Origin: a virus
DNA: 50,668 bases
IMG/VR virus record: IMGVR_UViG_3300006147_000025
Reading direction: 5' to 3' (one strand)
Shown here: piece after piece, positions 33,556-42,477 of the stretch
Position numbering within the stretch: the first letter of the stretch is position 1
Layout of the letters: each line of letters starts with the position of its first letter
Program-made: the position numbers and the translations under genes
The notes under the pieces: generated by a model
The model's database searches: none
Told to the model about the DNA's origin: nothing
The model's input: only the letters and a program-made list of their open reading frames with translations

Positions 33556-34307
33556 TGGTACTTCGTGTTTTAGGTTCAAGCAGCAGCGGCAACGCCTACA
33601 TTTTGGAGAATGTGGGCGAAGCCCTGCTCATTGAAGCCGGGGTAAACTTCAAGAAGGTAGTAGCCGCGTTGGAAGGCAATATTTCCAAAGTGGTAGGCTG
33701 TCTTATAACCCACGAACACGGCGACCACGCCGGACGGATTAACGAAGTATTGAACGCCGTTATTCCCGTCTACGCTACCCAAGGCACAATAGACAACGCC
33801 AAGGTAAAAAGCGAGTGGAAGCCGCGCACGTTGGAGCGAGAAGGCAACGGCTACAAGGTTCAGCAGATAGGAGGCTTTAAGGTTATACCGTTCGCCACGA
33901 AGCACGACTGCGCCGAACCCGTGGGCTTCTACATTTGGCACCCGGAAACGGGCGGCATTTTGTTCGCTACCGATACCTACTACCTACCTAACACCTTCAA
34001 AGGCTTAAACAACGTCCTTATAGAATGCAACTACGACCCGGAAATATTAGACCGCAACGTAGAGGAAGGCCGACTAATTCCGACCCTTCGGGAAAGAGTG
34101 AGGGAAAGCCACCTAAGTATAGACACCTGTATAGACGCACTTAAAGCCAACGACCTGAAGGCGGTAAATAACATCGTCCTAATACACCTTTCGGCGGGTA
34201 ACGGCGACCCCGTAGCCTTCAAAGATAGAGTTTACAGGGCGACCGGGAAGCGGGTACACATAGCAGCCCCCGGACTTAGTATTAACTTCAATAAAACGCC
34301 CTTCTAA
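33555..34307 (+). CDS. Metallo-beta-lactamase-fold hydrolase / nuclease (250 aa)
   Basis: THEHGDHAG (HxHxDH motif) with later His/Asp residues. TAATG overlap with the upstream gene. Confidence 0.75.
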   Translation: MVLRVLGSSSSGNAYILENVGEALLIEAGVNFKKVVAALEGNISKVVGCLITHEHGDHAGRINEVLNAVIPVYATQGTIDNAKVKSEWKPRTLEREGNGYKVQQIGGFKVIPFATKHDCAEPVGFYIWHPETGGILFATDTYYLPNTFKGLNNVLIECNYDPEILDRNVEEGRLIPTLRERVRESHLSIDTCIDALKANDLKAVNNIVLIHLSAGNGDPVAFKDRVYRATGKRVHIAAPGLSINFNKTPF

Positions 34308-34309
34308 CT

Positions 34310-34714
34310 ATGATTAAAGGCTTTAATTCCGAAACCGCGCCCTTAACCGAGTACGAAGAAAACGTATTACTTCCGCTCGTCCTTCGTGGGTTGAAAACCA
34401 AGATAGGAAAGGAAAACGCAGTAACAAACCGTACAATCGTGCAGCGGCTTAACATAGCCGGATATACGGTAACAGAACCCCGGATAAGGAAACTTATTAA
34501 CCATATCCGAATGACCGACCTACTACCGGGCCTTATAGCCACGTCCGGCGGCTACTTCTTAGCGACTTCGGAAGCGGAGTTATTGGACTACGAACAAAGC
34601 CTTATAGGACGCGAGGACGCTATAAAACAAGTTCGGTTAGCCATAGCCCGGCAACGGCGGATCCTTTACAACGACGCTAACCGACCCGAAGAAAACAAAC
34701 CCGAAATATTTTAA
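34310..34714 (+). CDS. Hypothetical protein, possibly winged-helix (134 aa)
   Basis: ATG ORF. No firm motif recognised. Confidence 0.5.
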   Translation: MIKGFNSETAPLTEYEENVLLPLVLRGLKTKIGKENAVTNRTIVQRLNIAGYTVTEPRIRKLINHIRMTDLLPGLIATSGGYFLATSEAELLDYEQSLIGREDAIKQVRLAIARQRRILYNDANRPEENKPEIF

Positions 34715-34738
34715 TAACCCATTAACAAACAACCCCAA

Positions 34739-35308
34739 ATGAAGAAAATAGCACTTTTCCGAAAGTACGGCGAATCCGCCGAGTTCGTAGCCCGCTTCGA
34801 CAGCGTAGAAGAAGCAAGCGACCAAGTGAAGGACATCATCAACGAAGACGAAGACGCTAACGTATTCGACTTCTACACCGAGGAACAGGAGTACACCGAC
34901 ATCCGCGAACGCGTGAAGACATACGCCGACGCTTGCGAAGTCTTAGGCATAGCCGAAATGGACGAAAAGGCTTTTAAGGCCTGCGGCTTCCGTCCCGACG
35001 AGATAGCTCGCCGTAAGTTGGAAACCATAACCGAAGCCCTTAACGAAGGTTGGCGGCCGGATTGGAACAATACCAACGAATACAAGTATTTCCCCTGGTT
35101 CCGTATTCTTCCCGGCAAGGGTAAGGACGCAGAGGGTAAACCCGACGGCGCGTCTGCCGGGCTTGCGGACGCGCATACGAACCGCGCGGCTCCGTCTACG
35201 AATGCGTACTTCGGCTCCCGGCTTTGCTTCCACGACAGCGACATCGCCGCCTACGCGGGCGACACGTTCCGCGACCTTTACGCCCAAATCTTAGTAGAAA
35301 AATTCTAA
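34739..35308 (+). CDS. DGR target protein 2 (189 aa), remote small target in the early/replication module
   Basis: Contains VR2 in the same codon phase as VR1 (...GKPDGASAGLADAHTNRAAPSTNAYFGSRLCF...). Confidence 0.85.
   Translation: MKKIALFRKYGESAEFVARFDSVEEASDQVKDIINEDEDANVFDFYTEEQEYTDIRERVKTYADACEVLGIAEMDEKAFKACGFRPDEIARRKLETITEALNEGWRPDWNNTNEYKYFPWFRILPGKGKDAEGKPDGASAGLADAHTNRAAPSTNAYFGSRLCFHDSDIAAYAGDTFRDLYAQILVEKF
35141..35228 (+). repeat. DGR variable region VR2
   Basis: 88 nt aligned without gaps to TR 22060-22147. There are 17 mismatches, all at TR adenines (17 of 27), and no other mismatch. Confidence 0.93.
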
Positions 35309-35321
35309 CCCCATACCCGAA

Positions 35322-35612
35322 ATGACAAAGAAAGAATTAGCCGCCAAAGTTGCGGCAGCTTGCAGCGGAACGGAAGCCCACGGCACACCCGCCGCCGTGG
35401 TGGAAGAAGTAATTACAGCCACCCTCGGCGTAATTAAGGACGTGGTTTATTGTGGCGGAGAAGTAACCCTCCGGGGCTTCGGCACCTTCGGACACAAGAA
35501 CCGAAAAGCCAAGACCGCCCGAAATATCAGCACAGGCGAACCCGTCCACGTCCCGGCGCGGAAAGTGGTAAGTTTCAAACCCGCCGCAGACTTCAACGTA
35601 GCACAGGACTAA
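35322..35612 (+). CDS. HU/IHF-family DNA-binding protein (96 aa)
   Basis: MTKKELAAKVA...VTLRGFGTFGHKNRKAKTARNISTGEPVHVPARKVVSFKPA. Confidence 0.85.
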   Translation: MTKKELAAKVAAACSGTEAHGTPAAVVEEVITATLGVIKDVVYCGGEVTLRGFGTFGHKNRKAKTARNISTGEPVHVPARKVVSFKPAADFNVAQD

Positions 35613-35615
35613 GTT

Positions 35616-36482
35616 ATGGAAGCACAGGAAAGAACCGAAACCCGGAAGGACGAAATACGCTACCGCACCGACGACCAACGCCGGATGGTTGGCAAGTTCC
35701 TCGCTTCCCGCGTCGTCAAGACGTGGAAGGAAGATTTTGCCGACCAAGATACCGGGGAAATAATAACGGTGGAGCGTAACGACATCCTTTTTGAGAAGGG
35801 CAAGTACATAGACGAAGACACCGCGATAAGTATCGCCTTCCACATTCAATGCGGCGATATTGCCGACGTGGAAGTAAGTAACCAACGCCGATTAGCCCAA
35901 CCCTCAAAGGACTACGTTTTACGCCCCTACAAGGCTACCGCCGTGGTAGGAAATAAGCGTAAGAGTTTCATCTTACAGGCGCAGAGCGCGACCGCCGCTA
36001 TTGAAGTAGTTACGGACTACATAGAACTTAACTTTACTTCCGCCTTTTCGGTGGATAGCGTCAAGTTAATGCCCGGCTGCATAATTCTAAACGACCGCTT
36101 CCGCCGCGCCGTTGAGGAAGTGGAAGGCGGCAACGAAGCCGGAGAAGAAACCCCGGACGGAGAGGAAGCCCGCGAAGATACGAAGTATTACCGCATAGAA
36201 GCCGACATAACCGCAGTTCCGACCGAAGGCGACGAAGAAGAACCGCGCCCAAGTAGTTACGACTTCATTGTTAAGACACGCGACATAGACACCGCGAAGG
36301 CGGTAATTACAGCGTGGATTAACACCACGATGAAGAAGCGGGCGGAAGAAGAAGGACGGGAAGCCCGCACCTTTGAAATTTCGCTTACTTCGGCTTCGCC
36401 CTTCAACTTGAACGCGATTATTCCTTACGCCTTCTGCGTCGCCTATAAGGAGGTGGAGAAGATAAAAGTAACAACCGACTAA
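35616..36482 (+). CDS. Hypothetical protein with two internally similar halves (288 aa)
   Basis: ATG ORF with an acidic linker. No motif recognised. Confidence 0.55.
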   Translation: MEAQERTETRKDEIRYRTDDQRRMVGKFLASRVVKTWKEDFADQDTGEIITVERNDILFEKGKYIDEDTAISIAFHIQCGDIADVEVSNQRRLAQPSKDYVLRPYKATAVVGNKRKSFILQAQSATAAIEVVTDYIELNFTSAFSVDSVKLMPGCIILNDRFRRAVEEVEGGNEAGEETPDGEEAREDTKYYRIEADITAVPTEGDEEEPRPSSYDFIVKTRDIDTAKAVITAWINTTMKKRAEEEGREARTFEISLTSASPFNLNAIIPYAFCVAYKEVEKIKVTTD

Positions 36483-36488
36483 TAAACC

Positions 36489-36522
36489 GGGGCGCGTTAG
36501 CCACACCCGGAGAACGCGCCCC
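36489..36522 (+). terminator. 9-bp GC hairpin (ggggcgcgt-N16-acgcgcccc)
   Basis: Read directly from the sequence. Lies between 35616-36482 and 36538-37488. Confidence 0.4.
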
Positions 36523-36537
36523 ATTAAAACAACCGCT

Positions 36538-37488
36538 ATGAGCCAAGACAGCATAGTAATTTTTCGTTCATACATAGACGCAATAGCCGAGCTTCCGGTG
36601 GAACTTTATAAGGAAGTTTCGCGGGTGCTTTACGCTTATGCCTTCGATGGCATAGAGCCGGACGACACCGCAAGCCCAACGGCCCGCGCCCTTTTTATAG
36701 CGTTGAAGTCGCAGATAGATTTTAACGTAGCGAGGTATGAACGAGCGGTTAGGAACGGTAGTAAAGGCGGCGCACCCAAAGGCACAAGAAACAACCCCAA
36801 CGGAAGGCGTGGAAAAAGAACTAACCAAGAACTAACCGAAACTAACCAAGAACTAACCAACGCCGAAAAATTAGTTATTTCGGACGTTGAAGGGGGTATA
36901 GAAACGGTTGAAGCGGTTGAAGTCGTGGCTTCCGATGAAGGGCAAAAACAGCCCAAACGGGCAAAAAAGGCTAAAAAAGGGTTAGATATAACTAACCAAG
37001 AACTAACCCAAAACAAACCCGAAACTAACCAAGACGAAGAAAAAGAACTAACCGAACCAAAAGAACTAACCTTAATCAGTAATCAGTTATCAATAAATAA
37101 TAATTCTGTTGTTGTAGATAACGCGCGTGAGGTTAGTTTTTTTGAAAAGTTCTTTGCACCCGAAAACCAATATTCGTTAGAAGTGCTTTGTATGCAGGAG
37201 CACACCGACCTCGTAACAATAAAGCAGTACGCCCACGAAATTTTAGCAGAGTGGCAGCTGCGCGAGGTTAGCCATACCGACTACCAAGAAGCCTCCCGGC
37301 ACTTAATTAACCATCTTCGCCGAAAATTTGAAGCCGCCCGCCGCGCCAAGCGTGAAGAAGATGCCGCGCCCAAAAGCAGACAGCAGGCCCGCGAAGACTT
37401 GATAAGGGGAGCCGTCGAAAGATTGACAAACGCAATCGGTAAGGACGGGGCCAGCCCCGCCACCGCCGGAGATACACAACCCTTCTAA
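36538..37488 (+). CDS. Putative replication initiator / replisome organiser with embedded iterons (316 aa)
   Basis: The central region encodes repeated TNQELT peptides from the DNA iterons. Arrangement resembles lambda O with ori inside the gene. Confidence 0.5.
   Translation: MSQDSIVIFRSYIDAIAELPVELYKEVSRVLYAYAFDGIEPDDTASPTARALFIALKSQIDFNVARYERAVRNGSKGGAPKGTRNNPNGRRGKRTNQELTETNQELTNAEKLVISDVEGGIETVEAVEVVASDEGQKQPKRAKKAKKGLDITNQELTQNKPETNQDEEKELTEPKELTLISNQLSINNNSVVVDNAREVSFFEKFFAPENQYSLEVLCMQEHTDLVTIKQYAHEILAEWQLREVSHTDYQEASRHLINHLRRKFEAARRAKREEDAAPKSRQQAREDLIRGAVERLTNAIGKDGASPATAGDTQPF
36818..37138. repeat. Iteron array and AT-rich tract: candidate origin of replication
   Basis: Nine direct AACTAACC copies start at 36819, 36830, 36840, 36851, 36990, 37001, 37023, 37046 and 37064. 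An AT-rich stretch lies at 37072-37118. An inverted copy GGTTAGTT lies at 37131-37138. Confidence 0.6.
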
Positions 37489-37505
37489 TACCCAAAGACA
37501 GCAAT

Positions 37506-38285
37506 ATGGAACTATTACCTTCAAACCGTCGCCCTGATACGTCCGGGGCATTGACCAAGGCCGACCCGAAGGCGTTGGCGATAAGACAGCAGTACGGCGA
37601 CCTACCGCAGCTTTGCAAAACCTTTGGAGTTCCCGCCCAAAGGTACTGCGCACAAAACATAGAGAAAGCCATCCGTTCCGGGGTGCCAACCTTCGCGCTT
37701 GTAGTTCGCACCTACGGCGACGACGGAGTAGCCGGACTTATTGGCACACACATAACCGACGCAATTCTACGCATGGGAGAAGACAGGGACGTAGACGAAT
37801 ACGACGTAGACTTTATAGCCCACGCCATTTGTGAAAGTGAACGCTTCTGGCTATTGTCGATGGCTTCTATACTTCGCTTCTTCCACTTGTTGAAGTGTGG
37901 CGAATTTGACATCTACGGCAAGGTAACGCCACGCAAGATTTTAGAAGCCTTCCGCAAGTACGCGATAGAGCAACAGGCAAAGGAAAACCGAATAGCCTAC
38001 GAAATTGAGAAGGAGAAGAAACAGCAAGAGGAAGAAGAACACGCCCGGCGTATAGCCATAGAGGGTAACGGGTGGGAAAACTTCAAGAAGCAAAACGGGT
38101 TAAACCTCAATTTAACGATAGTTGAGTATTTCGCCCAAAAGCAGAAAGAAGCCATAGCAGCCCGGAAAGCCGCCGAGGAAGCCAAGAAGCCCCCAATCGT
38201 CCGATTTTTGGAAACGTGGCAGGAAGTTGTAAAAGTCTTATCCTTCGTAAAAGAATACATAGAAATCAAGAGTAGAAACAAATAA
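37506..38285 (+). CDS. Hypothetical replication-module protein (259 aa)
   Basis: ATG ORF following the initiator-like gene, with a charged C-terminal coil. Confidence 0.5.
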   Translation: MELLPSNRRPDTSGALTKADPKALAIRQQYGDLPQLCKTFGVPAQRYCAQNIEKAIRSGVPTFALVVRTYGDDGVAGLIGTHITDAILRMGEDRDVDEYDVDFIAHAICESERFWLLSMASILRFFHLLKCGEFDIYGKVTPRKILEAFRKYAIEQQAKENRIAYEIEKEKKQQEEEEHARRIAIEGNGWENFKKQNGLNLNLTIVEYFAQKQKEAIAARKAAEEAKKPPIVRFLETWQEVVKVLSFVKEYIEIKSRNK

Positions 38286-38396
38286 CGCCATCAGAGCCAC
38301 GGAAACGCCCCAATTTTCGCGCTACGCCCTTCGGGTGGGTAGTTGAAGGGCTGACGACAATAAAACGCCATAGAAGCAAAATAAACCCCAAATCGC

Positions 38397-39005
38397 ATGA
38401 AGCAAACTAAAATTTACATAAGCGGCCAAATTTCGGGATTAACCCCGGAAGAATACACCGCGAATTTTACCGCAGCCGCCACGCGCCTAACGGCACAGGG
38501 CTACGCCGTGATTAACCCCCTTAACAACGGCGTGGATCCGTCCGAACCGTGGATAGAGCAAATGAAAGCGGATATTCGCTTATTGCTTGACTGCGACGCG
38601 ATTTATATGCTTGCGAATTGGGAGTTAAGCAACGGGGCGACATTAGAACGGGAGATAGCCAAAGGTTTAGGTTTAACGGTGGAATACGAACGTAGACCGT
38701 TGCACCGGGATATTAAACGCGCCATACTTGTAGCGATGGCTGTTCCCTTCAAGTACATAGTAAACGACAGCCGGGGGCGTTGGTGCGTCTACGCCCGAAT
38801 GATATACGCCCACCATTGCAAAAAGCGCGGAGTTTCGACACAGGACATCGCCGAAGAAACGAAACACGACACTTCGACAATTCACTACTACCTCCGTCGA
38901 TACGATAATGAATACAAGTATAACCGAGAGTTCCGCGCCGCCGCCGAAAAAGTGGCTACACTATTGAGCAATAAATTAACTACGCCTTCGGACGTATCAA
39001 TATAA
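38397..39005 (+). CDS. DUF4406 / nucleoside 2-deoxyribosyltransferase-like domain fused to a DnaA domain-IV-like HTH (202 aa)
   Basis: N terminus KIYISGQISGL...CDAIYMLANWELSNGATLE. C terminus VYARMIYAHHCKKRGVSTQDIAEETKHDTSTIHYY. Confidence 0.55.
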   Translation: MKQTKIYISGQISGLTPEEYTANFTAAATRLTAQGYAVINPLNNGVDPSEPWIEQMKADIRLLLDCDAIYMLANWELSNGATLEREIAKGLGLTVEYERRPLHRDIKRAILVAMAVPFKYIVNDSRGRWCVYARMIYAHHCKKRGVSTQDIAEETKHDTSTIHYYLRRYDNEYKYNREFRAAAEKVATLLSNKLTTPSDVSI

Positions 39006-39011
39006 GACGAA

Positions 39012-40487
39012 ATGAGCAACAACGGAATAAACGTACTTTCCCTTTTTGACGGGATGAGCTGCGGGCAAATAGCGTTAAGGGAAGCCGGGATTAAGGTAAA
39101 CAAATACTTTGCTTCCGAAATTGACAAATTCGCCATACAGCAGACACAGCACAATTTCCCGGACACGGTGCAGCTCGGCAGTGTTACAGGAGTACGCGCC
39201 GCCGACCTTCCCCACATAGACCTCCTTATAGGCGGTTCGCCGTGCCAAGGGTTCAGCTTTGCCGGAAAGCAGTTAAATTTTAACGACCCCCGAAGCGTCC
39301 TATTCTTTGAATACGTCCGTATTCTTCGGGAGATACAGGAGTATAACCCCGGCGTTTTATTCCTACTTGAAAACGTCCGTATGCGTAAGGAGTGCGAACA
39401 AGTCATTACCGACCAATTAGGATTAGAACCCGTCGTAATAAATTCCGCCTTAGTTTCAGCACAAAACCGCGTCCGCTTGTATTGGACTAACATAAGGACA
39501 CGCGAAGAAGCAAACCTATTCGACACGAAGGTATTTACCAACATCCCACAGCCGGAAGACCGGGGTATATACCTACGCGATATTTTAGAAGACGAGGTAG
39601 AACCCCGCTACGTCCTTACTTCCCAACGAATAAAGAAACTGATAGAACACCATCAACGGCAAGCCGAAGCCGGTACCGGCTTCGTCTTCCACCCAAGGGC
39701 GGAAGACGAAAAAAGTAACACCCTTCGCGTAGGCGGGAGCTGCCACGACGATATAGTATTACTTCAAGGGGAACGCGCCGCCCGTTGCGTGGCTGTTCGT
39801 GGGCGTTTCAACCCGGAAACAGGAAGGAACGAGCAAACGCCGGAACTTCGCCCGGACGGTAAGACTAACTGCCTTACAAGCGTGGAGAAGGACAATTTAA
39901 TTTACATAGAATCCGCGTGTTTGACACCACGCCGAACCGAATACGGCAAGGCAATACGTCGCCAATACGAAGCCGGAGAGATACAGGAAAGCCGCCACAA
40001 TATGACCGAATTAGAACCCCGTACCGACGGAAAAACCAATACACTAACAACGGTTCAAAAAGATAACCTAATACTTCAACTTCCCCACGGCTTCAACGCG
40101 GGCGGCATATTCCGCGACAAAGCCCCTACGGTTACTTCAAGCCGCTACGAAGCCAACAACATCGTACAAAGCCGCGAAGTAATACAACTTAACCCTGACA
40201 CCGAAAGCGGCGGAAAGCAGCCATACCAACAAAACCGCGTCTATTCAGCCGACGGCATAACCCCGGCTTTATGTTCAGCACACGCCGGACACGCGCCCGC
40301 AGTTCTGACACCCGACGCAGTTCTACGCCGTCTTACACCGACCGAGTGCAGCCGCCTACAAACTATTCCCGATTGGTACGAATGGGTTTGCAGTGATAGC
40401 CAAGCGTACCGAATGCTCGGTAACGGGTGGACGGTAGACGTAATAAAGCATATTTTCCAATTCATAAACACCGAGAATTTACAATGA
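39012..40487 (+). CDS. DNA (cytosine-5) methyltransferase (491 aa)
   Basis: Motifs LFDGMSCG (I), GGSPCQGFS (IV), LLENV (VI), QNRVRLY (VIII), TPTECSRLQTIP (IX) and GNGWTV (X). Confidence 0.9.
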   Translation: MSNNGINVLSLFDGMSCGQIALREAGIKVNKYFASEIDKFAIQQTQHNFPDTVQLGSVTGVRAADLPHIDLLIGGSPCQGFSFAGKQLNFNDPRSVLFFEYVRILREIQEYNPGVLFLLENVRMRKECEQVITDQLGLEPVVINSALVSAQNRVRLYWTNIRTREEANLFDTKVFTNIPQPEDRGIYLRDILEDEVEPRYVLTSQRIKKLIEHHQRQAEAGTGFVFHPRAEDEKSNTLRVGGSCHDDIVLLQGERAARCVAVRGRFNPETGRNEQTPELRPDGKTNCLTSVEKDNLIYIESACLTPRRTEYGKAIRRQYEAGEIQESRHNMTELEPRTDGKTNTLTTVQKDNLILQLPHGFNAGGIFRDKAPTVTSSRYEANNIVQSREVIQLNPDTESGGKQPYQQNRVYSADGITPALCSAHAGHAPAVLTPDAVLRRLTPTECSRLQTIPDWYEWVCSDSQAYRMLGNGWTVDVIKHIFQFINTENLQ

Positions 40488-40813
40488 CTAAGACCAAAAT
40501 AAGACACCACAAACGCACGGACGAACCGCTACTTATTCCACGTTCAACCGCTATGTACCACGGCGAATGTGACGTAGACGAAAACGGCTACCCGATAACC
40601 TACGAAGTCGAACTTTGGGAATACCCCGACTTCCTTAAACGTGAAGCGAAATTTAGCCGCCATACCTTCACGGCTAAGACGAAGGCTCAAAAGTTCGTAC
40701 AGGAACGAATGGAACAAAGGTTAGTAGCCGAAGTAACGGTTTGGCGACTACGCCACACATGGCAACCTTACAAGCCCGTCGAGTATAAAAAGATTTACGA
40801 ATACGAAGTTTAA
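40484..40813 (+). CDS. Hypothetical protein (109 aa)
   Basis: ATGA overlap with the methyltransferase stop. Confidence 0.5.
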   Translation: MTKTKIRHHKRTDEPLLIPRSTAMYHGECDVDENGYPITYEVELWEYPDFLKREAKFSRHTFTAKTKAQKFVQERMEQRLVAEVTVWRLRHTWQPYKPVEYKKIYEYEV

Positions 40814-40833
40814 CCCTTAACCCCCGAAAAGAT

Positions 40834-41151
40834 ATGGAGATTAAGACCAAATTAGCCGCGCTTTTGCGCCGTTGGGCCTACGCCCTTCATCCCGAAACGC
40901 CCGCCACCCTTCCGCCGGGCTACCAAGTAAAGAAAGTGGTAAGCAACCTTAGCCACTTCATCACGGACGGAAAGATGCCACCGAAAGCACTTGTAGAAGA
41001 ATACAAAAGAGGTTTAGCCGAAGAGGTTTTAGCCATAATAAAGGGCGCGGGCTATATACGCCACCGCACTGACATACACCTCGTTCCGGGTGGATTGGTA
41101 GACTACGAAGCAAGCCTTTACGTCGGCTTCATACCGAAGAAAACAAAATAA
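40834..41151 (+). CDS. Hypothetical protein (105 aa)
   Basis: ATG ORF. Confidence 0.5.
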   Translation: MEIKTKLAALLRRWAYALHPETPATLPPGYQVKKVVSNLSHFITDGKMPPKALVEEYKRGLAEEVLAIIKGAGYIRHRTDIHLVPGGLVDYEASLYVGFIPKKTK

Positions 41152-41179
41152 CCATAACCCCCAACAAAAACAAGCAACT

Positions 41180-41623
41180 ATGTTAAAAGCGGAATTTGTC
41201 GGACACATAGGATCCGACGCGGAAATCAAGAACTTCAACGGGAAACCGTTTATAGCCTTCAACGTGGCTACTTCCGAACGTTACAAGGACGCACAGGGTA
41301 CAACCGTAACCCGGACGACGTGGGTAAGTTGTCTTAAACCGGGCGACGGCGCGGTAGTTCAATACCTCAAGAAGGGAACGCAGGTATTCTGCCGGGGCAA
41401 CCTTACCGCCAAACCGTACACAGGACGGAACGGCGTAGAAGCCGGGCTTAATTGCACCGTTACCGAGTTGGAGCTGCTCGGAAGCCGACAGGACGGGCAG
41501 AACCAACAGCAGGCCCAACCCGGACAGCAGTACGGCGCACAAGGCTACGGCGGTGGAGCATACGGAAGCGGCTACCCCGGCGAACCATACCCAGGCCCCG
41601 GCAACGAAAATATGCCTTACTAA
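41180..41623 (+). CDS. ssb: Single-stranded DNA-binding protein (147 aa)
   Basis: OB-fold-like N terminus (VGHIGSDAEIKNFNGKPFIAFNVATSERY...TTWVSC...). Gly/Gln/Tyr-rich C-terminal tail. Confidence 0.75.
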   Translation: MLKAEFVGHIGSDAEIKNFNGKPFIAFNVATSERYKDAQGTTVTRTTWVSCLKPGDGAVVQYLKKGTQVFCRGNLTAKPYTGRNGVEAGLNCTVTELELLGSRQDGQNQQQAQPGQQYGAQGYGGGAYGSGYPGEPYPGPGNENMPY

Positions 41624-41633
41624 AACTACGGCT

Positions 41634-41909
41634 ATGATGTTAACTTTTAGTGTTACAATAACGGAAGGAATACTTTACTACGCAATAGAAGGCGCGGTTA
41701 AAAGCATACTTCCGTTATTAGCCGAGCAGATAGCCGGACAAAATGAACGGACGGGCGGACTCGCTACGGCTTCGGGCTATACGATACTTCGGAATAATAA
41801 ACCAATAACCGCCGAAAAAATACGCGAAATAATGGATAAGCCCGTAGGACGCACGAAATACGGCGCAGTTGTAACGGTTGGCGGCGTAACAGTAAAGATT
41901 GGATTATGA
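41634..41909 (+). CDS. Hypothetical protein (91 aa)
   Basis: Start taken at ATG 41634. Confidence 0.45.
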   Translation: MMLTFSVTITEGILYYAIEGAVKSILPLLAEQIAGQNERTGGLATASGYTILRNNKPITAEKIREIMDKPVGRTKYGAVVTVGGVTVKIGL

Positions 41910-42256
41910 AAGAGCGCGAACACTACCCACAGCGAAAAGTAACGCTTCTTCCGGGCGATACTATATGGGCGACTTATAAGCAGAACCCAAACGCCCCGGT
42001 AAGGATAGCCCCGGCGACCCTAAAACGCCTATACGGTTGGACGGAAGGACAACGCTATATAGGCAAAGTCCGGGAAGAGCCACCGACCAACAGCGACCCG
42101 GAAGGGCGGGTAGTAGTGGACTTCTACGACGACAAGAAGGGCAAATTTCTATTTACCCACCTCGTCTATAACGTGGAACATAAGTTAGCGAAAGGCGAAT
42201 TATACGACTACCGCTATAAGCCAAACCCACAACCCCGACTATTCGATGAACCCTAA
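41906..42256 (+). CDS. Hypothetical protein (116 aa)
   Basis: ATGA overlap with the upstream ORF. Confidence 0.5.
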   Translation: MKEREHYPQRKVTLLPGDTIWATYKQNPNAPVRIAPATLKRLYGWTEGQRYIGKVREEPPTNSDPEGRVVVDFYDDKKGKFLFTHLVYNVEHKLAKGELYDYRYKPNPQPRLFDEP

Positions 42257-42455
42257 ACAATTCTTCGACAAAGTAGTAGAGCTTCGGCAAACACAACGCG
42301 AATACTTCCGTACACGTTTGCCGGACGCTCTACGAAAGTCAAAGGCGATAGAAGCCGAGATAGACAAGGAAATAAAGCGGGTGCAGCAGATAGAAGCGGA
42401 GCGGGCGAAAGCCGCCGCCGACCGTCTACAAGGCTCGTTATTTCCCGATAGTTAA
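42246..42455 (+). CDS. Hypothetical protein (69 aa)
   Basis: ATG ORF overlapping the upstream stop. Confidence 0.45.
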   Translation: MNPKQFFDKVVELRQTQREYFRTRLPDALRKSKAIEAEIDKEIKRVQQIEAERAKAAADRLQGSLFPDS

Positions 42456-42477
42456 GAACCAAGTAAAGACAACAACC

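Noticed and set aside
36818-37071. Possible CRISPR array or coding microsatellite (repeated GAACTAACC)
   Set aside because: Repeat units are only 8-9 bp at 10-23-bp spacing, lie inside an ORF, and have no spacer-like unique segments of CRISPR size. They are interpreted as iterons instead.
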